A DNA stretch of 64,000 nucleotides, from assembly GCA_010015805.1 (NCBI GenBank), contig ML978124.1, forward strand, positions 1,426,001-1,490,000, in the 5' to 3' direction. Of the stretch, positions 10,601 to 21,800 are shown piece by piece (positions within the stretch are counted from its first letter, which is position 1; every line of letters starts with the position of its first letter). This stretch comes from Rhizodiscina lignyota (taxonomy: Eukaryota). The notes beneath the pieces are model-generated. The model had not been told where the DNA came from. It saw nothing but the letters and a program-made list of their open reading frames with translations, and searched no databases. The position numbers and the translations under genes were made by a program.

Positions 10601-11676
10601 ATGGCCGCCAATCGGACGTGCACTATCGCCATCATAAGTGTGGGCGAGATGGGACTGGGCATTGGCCAGCTGCTTAAGGCGCACAAGTATAGAGTCGCCA
10701 CATACGCTGCCGACAGAAGGTATGATGAGATGCATTGTACGCAGTCCAGGCCTAATCGATAGTTGCAGTAAGGGGACTCAAGATAGAGCCTTCTCTGCTG
10801 GAATCGAGCTATTACCTTCACTAGAAGCACTCTTTGACGAAAGCGACTACCTGCTATCCATAGTGCCCCCGCGAGATGCCCTGTCTACTGCAAATCGCAT
10901 CGCTTTGGCAGCGTCCAAGTGCAATCAGAGAAAGGAGCCATTATACTATTTGGATTTGAACGCTGTATCACCGCGAACAGCTCGGGAAACCGAAGAGTTG
11001 TTCCGCCAATATTCAAATATATGCCTAATTGATGGCGGCATTATTGGAGGTGTCCCCTATCAGAAGAAGGCTGCCGACTCCACCGCAGGAGACCCGGACT
11101 GGCATTGTCCATCACTTATGGTCTCTGGGCCAACGCAAGTTCCGGATCAGAGCCTGGCAAAGATTCTCAATGTCCGACATGTCGGAGATACCATTGGGCC
11201 TGCTACTGGATTGAAGATGTGCTTTGCAGTAACAACAAAGGGATTCATCTCGTTGGCGATAGAGTCATTCGTAACAGCACACCGACTGGGAGTTCTACCC
11301 GAACTAAAAGAGTATCTTGGTGAGTACAACGCATCCACGCTGAAAATTGCGGAGAAAGGCCTTGTTACAATGCCGCCGAAAGCCTACCGTTGGGTTGGGG
11401 AGATGCTGGAAATATCGCGAACAATGCATGAAGATGGAGGGTTTGATCCAACAATGTGCGTATTACAGTCTTGTGAGCTCAAGGAAATGCCCGTTAGATG
11501 ACGAGATGACCAGATTCGAAGGCGTAAGCGAAGTATATAGATTTGTTGCTGACGAGTCTGAGCTGGGAAAAGAAAAGCCAGGCGCCAGAGTCCGTGGGAA
11601 GACGGTCGAAGATGTAGTCGAGCTATTGAGTCAAGCCATGGAGCAGAGAAGCCCCGATGTCAACAAGACCACATAG
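10601..11676 (+). CDS. NAD(P)-dependent beta-hydroxyacid / 6PGD-like dehydrogenase with DUF1932-type C-terminus (3 exons)
   Basis: IAIISVGEMG Rossmann start, YLDLNAVSP, IDGGIIGG, ATGLKMCFA, MPPKAYRWVGEMLEI. Confidence 0.8.
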
Positions 11677-12090
11677 ACAATATGGGCCAATTCTGAGCAG
11701 TTTTTATGGCATCCGAAGTCAAAACAAGGCGACATTTGATGCACTACAGCAAATGGGTCAAACCCAATTTCGCGCTGAGCCGAAAGGAGCATGAATATTG
11801 CCCTGAATTGAAGTATCTGGGAGCCAGAGCACCCAAAATTGATGCGTTGTATGACGAAGATAAGAAGAGAGGTTATTGAGCAAAAGCGAGATTACATTCC
11901 AGCCTGTATCGTGGAAAAGCAGAGCGTCGGCACGTGACCGCGTGATTTATCGGCATTCTCCGTTGCCGCCTGCTAGGCTGGTCGCGTCTAACTCGGCGCG
12001 TCATCTCTGTTGCTTCAACTCTCAGAGACATCACCAATTCGTCCCAAAACCTTCCATCGAGAAACGAAAACTGTCAACGACTCGGTGGCC

Positions 12091-13850
12091 ATGCCTGCGT
12101 ATGTATATCATTGCTTAGTCTGCACAATGACTAACAGTTATCTCAGGCCAGGCGACCAACACAAGGCAATCAACAATCCATTCCACGATGAGAGGCCACG
12201 CATCAACGAGTACACTGCACAGGAGATAGCAACACTGCAAAGTCGGCTGGACAAACAGCTCGGGCCAGAATATATCTCGACTCGCCCTGGTGCAGGTGGA
12301 AGCAAGGTTCATTATTTGGCGGCTGAGAAAGTCATAAATCTTGCAAACGAGGTCTTTGGGTTTAATGGTTGGTCAAGCTCAATACAAAATGTTCAGATTG
12401 ACTTCGTGGGTATCACATGCTCCTTCCCTTTTGCCTACTGACCAAAACCGCAGGTCGATGAAAGTCAAAGCACCGGCAAAATCAGCCTCGGCCTCTCGAC
12501 AATTGTGCGGGTCACACTGAAGGATGGAGCTTTTCACGAGGTATGGGTGGAATACGCTTTCCATGGTTTTACGCATTTTCTAACATTGTGAAGGATATCG
12601 GATATGGTCAAATTGAAAACTGCAAAGGCAAGGCAGCCGCGTTCGAGAAAGCCAAGAAGGAGGCGGCGACAGACGCGTTGAAAAGAGCACTGCGGAATTT
12701 CGGAAACGTACTCGGAAACTGTCTTTACGACAAAGACTATCTCCAGAAAGTAACGAAGCTCAAACATCAGCCGGCTAAATGGAATGTGGACAAGCTCCAC
12801 AGGCACCCAAGCTACGCGGCAGCGCGAAATGACTCGCCATCTGAGGTCCCGACAGAGCCTATTGGAGGCTCTAGAACTGGAAGCCTACAATCCAAAGCTA
12901 CCAACAGCACTGACTTTGAGGATGATTTTGGAGGAAACCTCTTTGAAGGGGTTGATCTCGACTCAGCACGGCCAGACGAAGTCGTCCTCGACACCACCTC
13001 TGCCGCTTCAGGCGACATCTCAGACCCTCGACAATCGGATGGTGCACAAAGGACGTCTCACAATTCCGAGCTGAAGCATCAAGTGCCTAGAGTGCAGTCA
13101 ATGCCCGCACTGCAGCCACCTGAACCTGGACCTGGACCACAGAATTTCCAACCTCAAAAAGCCTCCTTGCCACGACAACAGCAGCCACCACCGCAGAATA
13201 TGCACTTGACCTCGAATGGTGAAACTATTCGTAACCGCTCATTAGCAGTACAGCCAGAGGCGAACCAGGCCCATAGAATGCAGCAAACGTCTCATCCGCA
13301 GGGCAACAATACCTCAAATACCCCACCGAACCGTAACCTCCACCAACAACCACCCAACCAACAGAATGAAAAGCAAGGGGAGTCGGTCGGTTTCGTATCT
13401 GGCCGCGCTGCGGAGCTTATGCAGAACCATGGCGCACCACATGCACCATTACCTCCCAATGCACCAGCTTTCAACCCGCATCAGGATAGTCCTTCGTTAA
13501 GACGCACAAATGGAGTCGATCATAACAAGTCCTTACCAATCAACAGGAGTGCCCTGACGAGCGTGGCACAGAATGGCAATCCCAACGCACAGCCTCAACA
13601 GCAGCAACCTCCTCAACCTCGAGGAAACTTTGTCAATCCGCAGGCAGACGCGAACCGAAGGATCGGAATGCCTAGCGTTGCTCACAGTCCGCTCGCGAAT
13701 AGAGGTGGTTACAAACCACCGGGACCTGCGATCCAGAAACGCGGGCCCGATGGAATGCCGCGGCCCCCTCTTGCAGATATGAGCAATGTAATGTTGGATG
13801 CCAATGGAGGTGAGGGGGTGGATGCGAAGAGGCCCAAGATTGCAAGTTAA
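12091..13850 (+). CDS. RAD52: DNA repair/recombination protein Rad52 (Rad22)
   Basis: [59 protein letters not shown]; 3 introns. Confidence 0.97.
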
Positions 13851-14124
13851 TTCTTCTCCTTCATGGAAGAACCGAAGCACAAGCGTTGCATAGAACGGTT
13901 ACTTTGCATATGCGAACCGGACATAGCTGAGGCGTTTTGCTCTATACTATTGGCATTTCTTAGCGGTCACTTTGGTGTTCATGATACCAAATGTATTGAA
14001 TTCTACAACGTCTAGCATGCTCATCTGCTGGATATCAACGCCGAAATTATTTTAAGCACGTTCTGAGAGGTTCGCTCTTCAATCATGATAAAGCTCTTGC
14101 TTAAAGGAGCGGCATGTATTGCCT

Positions 14125-15169
14125 TCAACCATTGACAATTACGCCACCGTTTGCGTGTATCACCTGTCCACTGACCGATGAGCTGTCCGTACTTGCCAGA
14201 AACACAAAACAGCAAGCAATCTCGCTCGGCTGACTCGGCCTTCCCATAGGACTTGTGAACTGATCCTGTGCCTTGTGGTTCATCGTTGCCGGTATCAGTG
14301 GCGTCCAGACTGGTCCTGGCGCAACGGCATTGACGCGAATGCCCCGTCCAACGTACTGATTCGACAGACCGCGTGTGAAGGAGACAATAGCGCCCTTGGT
14401 GCTGGTGTAATCGAGCAGGTCAGGACGGCCGATGTAGGCATTGATACTGGCGTTATTGATGATGGTGTCTCCCTTTTTCATGTGCGGGAGGATGTATTTG
14501 GAGAGGTAGAAGAAGGGGTGAATGTTCGTGTTGAATGTGCGCTCCCACTGCTCTCTGGAGATGCTGTCAGCTTCGTGATGATTCATGTAGTCAAAAATCG
14601 TGAAGGCCTACTCTGAGAGGTCTTGAATGTCCTGGACCATCATCTGATACGCGTGGTTGTTCACAAGAACGTTAATTGCTCCCATTGCCTCGAGCGCCTT
14701 CTCGACCGCGGCCTTGCAGTTCTTCTTGTCCGTCAAATCGGTGGAGAAGAGGTGGCACTTCCTGCCTTTTTCTTCAACCTTCTTCTTCGTCTCTTGAGCG
14801 TCTTCCTCTTCCTGCGGCAGGTATGCGATAAAGCTGTCGGCACCCTCCATCGCGAAGAGGATCGCAATGGCACGGCCGATGCCAGAATCGCCACCTGTTA
14901 TCAATGCCTTCTTGCCTTCGAGTTTGCCTGCCGCTTTATAGAGCTGGTAGCCGCCATCTTCGGTCGGGACATGTTCGGACTGTGGAGTGGGACCTTTGAG
15001 CTCAGATTGGAGTCCTGGTGGCTGCTGGTCTTGGATGGGAACTTTGTGACCTAGACGCGAAGTCAATTAGTCATTTCTATCAACCTTTACTTGTTTTGAC
15101 GCACTTACCAGACTCGAACTGGGAGTCTGAGCCGGTCACAGACTTAGCAACGTTCTTCGCGGTGTCCAT
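14125..15169 (-). CDS. Short-chain dehydrogenase/reductase, YghA / general-stress-protein-39 type
   Basis: ITGGDSGIGRA, LDYTSTKG (YxxxK), IRVNAVAPGPVWTPLIP; 2 introns. Confidence 0.92.
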
Positions 15170-15754
15170 ATTGAGAGATTTCAGAAGCTGTTTGGGTTGG
15201 AGAAGCTATGGAGTCTCTTGAGAAAGAAATTGAATAGGATATGGAGCGAAACGGAAATGGATACTTTAAGCCTCTGAAAATTTATGACATATTTCGATGC
15301 GAAGCGCGTCGTACTTGTGACATCACGATCGATCGGCATCGGAATCCGACATTGCCATGCAGATCACTTTCACATGCTGCTTGGGGGGATCCATAATGAA
15401 GCGTTTGTCGCAAAGGTATCGGAATCCATCAATGTTGAAAACACGAAAGCTCGATGAGCGTGGCTGCAGCAAGGCCGGAGAGACGACTCGCTCAATATCT
15501 CCTTCTGGTTAGCGCAGCACCTTGTATATCAAGGTAGCCCACACTTCGACTCAGCCCGACCAGATTTGCACCACCACTACTCAAGTCTTTCAGTTTAAAA
15601 TGAATCCCGTGTAAGTCTGGTTCCAGTCCTCGAGAACATTTACAGTCTATCTCGATCTCTGCCTGTCGCCTCAGCTCTTCCCAGCGAATCTCAAGTCAGT
15701 CAGTTCAACTGCATATTATCAGGCCTCCAAACGGGCTCCTATTCTTCTAAAAGC

Positions 15755-17863
15755 ATGACCGGGCAATATCAATTTACATCTCTCGAGCCACGTCGTTTTC
15801 GTCTTCTCAGTGTATTACCTGGCACTGTTCCCACGCCTTTGGTTTGCTCCCTCTCAGATAACTCACTGGACGATCCTCCCGCATATGAGGCGCTTTCATA
15901 TGCCTGGGGCTCTGCCGAGTTCTCTGAGCCAAATTTAACGCTTAATGGGTACCAAATTTGCATCATGACTGAACTGGAGAAAGCCCTCATTCGACTTCGG
16001 CACCCAGACGCTGTACGAACCCTGTGGATTGACGCCATTTGTATCAATCAGGCTAACACTCAAGAACGTAATGCTCAAGTCACAATTATGACTGATGTTT
16101 ATAGAGCTGCGGAGCGTGTGATTGCATGGCTGGGTGAAGAGACTGCCGATAGCAAAAAAGCGTTTACCTTTCTCAAAGAGATGGCAATGCACAAGAAGTC
16201 CGCATTGCGCCACACTTGGATGGATGGCACTAGAATGGGAAGCGATACCAGCTCTGAATGCGGAGATGGCAGTACGGACAGGCAGCATGTGCAACCTACC
16301 GACTATCAAAGCGATGACGACGAACTATCGAACTGGCAATTGAACAGGCAGAGCGATGACGAAGACGAGAGCGGAGAGGTCGAAGATGAAAGCCAGAGTG
16401 AGAGCAGTGTGGATGAAATGCCAGACAAGGAAAGTGAGGATAAGATATCAAGTCAGAAGAGAAGCGACGAACCGAACCGGGAGGACATAATAAATGAAAT
16501 GATGTCGAATCGGAGGCAGCAGGGACACCACCTTGTAACCGGAATTCCAGAACTCTACTATGACGGTGATATGGTGTATGACTCTTTCTTCGAAAACAAT
16601 CAGCAGGCAAACTGGAAAGCCCTGGACAACTTGTTGGCACGGCCGTGGTGGTCACGAACATGGATCGTCCAAGAAGTATGGCATTCATCGAATTGCTTGT
16701 TACAGTGCGGCAGGTCTACTCTCAAATGGAAGACTTTCGAAAAAGCCATGGACTACCAAGAAGGTTGGGATGACATGGGAAACATGATCAAGCAAACGAA
16801 GAGATGGAAACATTGGCCCCTGCTCAAGAGAAGGTATGGGCTCGCAATACATCTTTCGCAGAAACGCCTGCTTGGTGCGAAGCTCTCTGATCTATTGTGG
16901 AATATGTGGGACAGAGAAGCAACAGACCCAAGGGACAAAGTCTTCGCAGTTCTGGGTTTGGTTGGGCATGGAAGTCGAGAGGTTCTTCCGCTCCCTGATT
17001 ACTCCAAGAGCGTACAACAAGTATTCCAAGAGGTCGGGGTACATATCATACAGCAAGACAAGAACTTGGACATTCTACTCGCAGCAAATGGTCTAGAGAG
17101 ACGAAACGGACTGCCTTCATGGGTTCCAGATTGGAGACGGGATGCCAACGATGTCCGGCCCGCATTATTTATCAACGGGGCACGTATGCGAATGCTCTGC
17201 TATTTTTCTGGTTCTGCAGACATGGTTCTTCTACACGGCCATGGATACTCTGCATCAGGAGACTCAGAGGTCTGGACCCAGTTTAGTGAAGACCTGGCAA
17301 CCCTCCATGTTCGCAGCTTCCTCCTGGGGACTGTCGTCAGTGTGGGACCTGTGTGTGGCGGCAACAGGAAAGCTGCCACTATCATCAAAGCAGCTCGGTC
17401 AACCATAGCGAGCTCGAATACTCTAGCAAGCCCTCAGCGAGCGCTTGCCGTGTCGAAACAAAAGCTCGGTCTAATTCTCAGGGCTGGGTCTTATGTGAAT
17501 AACGGCAGGGATCCTATGCCAGGCCAAAAAGAAGATCAAGTCATCGAAAACATCATGGATAAGCGGCGCTTCTTCATTACCAGCGCTGGCCATCTCTGTA
17601 TTGGAGCAGCTCGAACACAACCAGGGGACAATGTGCGCATCATTGCTGGCTGCAATTTCCCTATGGTGTTGCGGCCCGAGGGGGATAGCTATAGCCTCGT
17701 TGGCGAGGCTTACGGTGAGACATATCTGTGATAATTATTTCACCTATCACTAATTGTCATGATGATAGTCCACGACAACATGGCCGGTGAGGCTTTGGGT
17801 CAGCGAAATTCTCAGGGCAAGCTTGAGAAAGAACCACAGTGGTCGGAGATACGTATACGATAA
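15755..17863 (+). CDS. Heterokaryon incompatibility (HET) domain protein, HET-6-like
   Basis: YEALSYAWG, LWIDAICINQ, ERNAQV, RPWWSRTWIVQE, ATDPRDKVFA, LPSWVPDW, LVGEAY|VH; terminal intron at about 17715-17768. Confidence 0.92.
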
Positions 17864-18226
17864 CGGAAGTCGTCAAGTCTTTTGGGGGAGATGGTTATTG
17901 AAATCTCTTCGATAAGTTAAGAGGTTATGATCGGTGGATATCGCGATATTGTGCTGTTAAACAGCCTGTGTGCATGGAACGACTTGCACTCAGGTGTGTA
18001 CGAGCCTAGACTCAAGAGCGGATGCAAGGTATGAATCTTCCATTGGTAGTCAAAATATCTAGGCTCACTTGATTGACTCCTTAGATTACGCTCGTAATCC
18101 GTACACGCCCTATGCGCGCATCACGAACGCTCAGTGAGTCATAGTCGGAAGAGCTACATAGACTTGGACGTGAGCCTCAGGTATGCGCTTAGGTCTGCTT
18201 ACCATCGAATGCGAGAATTCTCTGCG

Positions 18227-18680
18227 ATGACTGTCGAGCCTCCGCCGCACCCCCGACCGTATTGCGCTGCGACCGTACAGCTCGTCCCTGAAATCTATGT
18301 CTCCGTGTCACGCTCCGATGCCTTCTAACATCAATCGGATTCAGACTGGAATGGTAAGTCCCGGACCTGTTCGCACAACTGTCCTGTGATGACAGTCTCC
18401 TCTTCTTGAAAGCCCGGAGCTCAGAAAGTTGGTCCTTCTCGACCTCCAATGTTCGCGTCATGGTGCCCGACGTTGACGCCAAATACGAAGAGATGAAGGC
18501 TGTTTTGGGAGATGACTGGAAAGATAGAGTCGTGCAGGATATTGGAGATAGGAAATTGTGCTGAGGGACTTCGTTGTGATGGATCCTGATGAGTTTGAGA
18601 TGCGGCTTGGGAGCCTCTTGGCGGGTGGAGGGAGGGAAGAACCGAGCGGTCCGGACGATGATATTGTTATCAAAGCATGA
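18227..18680 (+). pseudogene. Glyoxalase/bleomycin-resistance (VOC) family pseudogene
   Basis: Reconstruction gives QLVPEIYVS..RSDAF(Y)TSIGFRLEW*VPDLFAQL..LLFL..NVRVMVPDVDAKY..IGDRK/VLRDFVVMDPDEFEMRLG; frameshifts at about 18327 and 18556, in-frame TAA at 18355-18357. Confidence 0.75.
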
Positions 18681-18828
18681 GAGAGCCTTCCAGAAGATAT
18701 TCTGATTTCGAGTCCTGTTCCCGGCCACTCAAGCCCAAAGACACATGCGCTGCAAAAAAAATTGGTTGAGAACATTCTGAGATACTGCCGCACACGCAAT
18801 CTAATGCTAAACAATTTATCCCACTACA

Positions 18829-21800
18829 TCATCGAAGTTTACACCCGCGCCATGAGTACGCTATCATCATCTCCTTGTCTTGGCTATGCAGCCAAACTGC
18901 CCAATCTAAGAGCGATCGACGTACCCGACCATATCGCCCTTCCAACGGAATCTCGATTTGGCGGATGCCTGACCAGAATTTCACTCGTTCCAGGGCTTCT
19001 GGAAGCTGGCCTCCTGCTTCAATTGCGAGCTGTTCGGTAACTTGGTCGACAAGGATCCATGCCTGGAGATCCGGGAAGTCTTTCGAAGCCATGTATGCCA
19101 TTGATACAATGGCAACCCGCTCAGCAGAGTGCAACAAAGCTCTTCGGAGAAGACTTTTTACGGCGCACAGTCTTCCCCATGAAGCGGCTCTGATGAGTGC
19201 CTCGCGTAAGGACTCCAAATCCGTATTTTCCAGTTCTGTGCATATAAGTTCGATGAGTCGAGCATCATCTCGAAGCGCTGCTGGTACCAAGAATTGCATT
19301 GCTTTCTCTGCGGTGCTCTTGTCAGTTTGAGGCCGATTTCCAGTCCTGGATAGTCGTAATAGCATCCTGAATTCTTGAGGAAGTATCGATACCCAAATTT
19401 GCAGAGATGTGGGCTCATGGTTGTCCCCAGGCCTTGAATTCATGATAAACGTGCTTAGGCTAATGGATCCCTCGAATGTCATATCCAAAGAGCTTTCAGG
19501 ACTGGATTCATAATTCCAATGACATCCTGCGGTGACTGCCAACGAATACATATCCGGTCCCCGGCAATACATGAGGGCAGTCGCCTTCTTTACGTTTTGG
19601 GCATTGACGTCTGCGCCATACGCTACAAGAGTTCGGAAGACGTCGTGCTTCCCACACTCAGCAGCATGCATGAGCGCAGTACCTCCAAGCAAGGTTTTCC
19701 TGTTTGGGTTACTATTATTGTCAAGCAAAAGCTTTACCATTTCCAGATGGCCCCGGGATACTGCAAAGTGCAAAGGTGTCCACATCCAAACGTCTCTGGT
19801 GTCAACCTCTGCACCATTCTCTAAAAGCGATTTCGCCGACTCAACCTCATTCATAACAGCAGCCAGGTGTAGCGGAGTCCCCGAGAAATTTGATTGAAGA
19901 AGATGGCGCTTGTTTCGATCTTGAGGGTCGATTAGCTCAAGCTGTGGTCGACGTTCGTTCGGATAATCTCTCGGGCGTTTGTTAAGCATTTCCGTTATTA
20001 GTTTACGAGATATGGAAACACGTGGGACATTGCCATTCTGTCGTTCGACTCGTTCGACACTCGCTGTCTCCGCCATGAATCGGAGTAACGCAACAGTTCC
20101 TTCGTGGTTCCTACATGCCACCGAAACATGGAGCGGTGAGAATTGGTTTGTGCTCCATTCTTCCGGATCCACAGCATCCAAGAGTGTAGGAAGCAAGTTC
20201 CTGGAGAGATCTGCGTGTCTAGCGGCCAAATGCACTGCTGTATATCCCAACAGAGGTCCACAGTTAATTTGTCCTCTTGGATTGCACTTCAAGTTGAGGA
20301 GCCACTTGGGAAATGGAGTTTCACTGCGACAGAGGGAAGTTACGAAGAGGGTGCAGACTCCACAATGTGAGGACATTTGATCAACACTTTGTCCAGGCGC
20401 AGAAGTAATCTGCTTGAACACCTCTAGGTTTCCCCGTTCTAAAGCCCTTGATAAGGCGAAGGATTGGATTAATTCAGCACGAACTGCCGCTGATGTTGTT
20501 TCAGGAGCGTCTGGACTGAGTCGTACTGTTCTCTGTTAGTTAACAGTCGCGATGCAAGAATATGTGCATGAACACCGGCGAATTATGGGAATTATGGGAA
20601 TTATGTCAATCATACCTTCGTCCGTCTGCAGTCCCTTGAGAATCTCCATCGCCTTGCTTCTCCCCTCGCACATTGCAAGCGCCTTTGGTGTATCACCATT
20701 CTTATCCGGCCCTTGTGGAGTTCCACTGTCGACAAGCAAGCCGAGAACCTCTTCAGATGCTGTTACGTTGAAAACTCCGTGATGTAACGCACTCCATCCG
20801 AGGTTGTCGAGAAGCTTGACATCTGCACCTCGATCGATCAGACTTGCAATCATGTATCCATCTGTGACGGCAGCAGCAGAGTGTAATGGAGTCCGGCCCC
20901 TGTCGTCTCGAACATTCACGTCGATCAGTGCACGGTCAAGCAAGAAGTTGACGGCAGTAACCTTGTTGTTCAGTACGGCAAGATGCAGAGCACTGCAGCC
21001 ATCAAAGCGTGTACCCGCAGGTTTGAAACTTGCTGCTTTCAGATTCCATTCCACGGTATGGCGTGAGAATAAGTGCAGTATATTTTCGTTGCCTAAGTGT
21101 GCTGCCCAGTGCAGGGGGTACCAATTCCTTTGGTTCACAGAGCCGCCTTTTAAGTCTAGCCGTGCACCAAAGACGAGGAGTTGTTCAACAAACGAGACAT
21201 TGCCCAGTTGTATCGAATGGATGAGACTTAAGTCTCCGTTTTCGCCGCGGATGTTCACGTTGGGAATCAATTTGTGGGTATGGTGCAAGAGCGACTCGTT
21301 AGTACAGGGCCCTTTGCAAAGAATGTGCAGCAATGAGTCACCAGTTGAATGTAGTGAAGGTGCCGATCTGTACGCCTCACAAAGTTTCAAAATGAGGTGT
21401 TCGCTGTGATTCTCCGATACGGTGATGCACAATTGTTCCAACGCGGAGAAGCCCCCTGGACTGGGATTACGGAGATTCGGATCGATGCCTTTAGACAAGA
21501 GCTGCAGTGATAAAGATTCATCGAATATGCAAGCTTGAAGTGGTCGCCAACTCCCTACAGGCTGTTCCAAGTGGCGGACCTCGTTTATTGCAGCGATAGT
21601 GATATTGAGGAGCTTCCGGATGTGTTGTGTTTTGGAAAGATGTTGCTTGATGCCTTCTGGTGTATTCTCGTAGCTGTCTTTGATGAGTTCTCGGATTAAT
21701 TCGCAAAAAAAAGAACCTCGGCTGCTGGTTCGCAACGTCAAGTCTGCTCCAATCTCGAGGAAATTTGCAAGCAGACGAAGCTTCACGTCAACTACTATTT

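Noticed and set aside
18189..18728. 179-aa minus-strand ORF
   Set aside because: No recognisable motifs; it is the antisense shadow of the plus-strand VOC pseudogene.
20580..20606. Short GAATTATGG tandem repeat reading IIPIIPII
   Set aside because: It lies inside the inferred NLR intron 2 and is only a small minisatellite.
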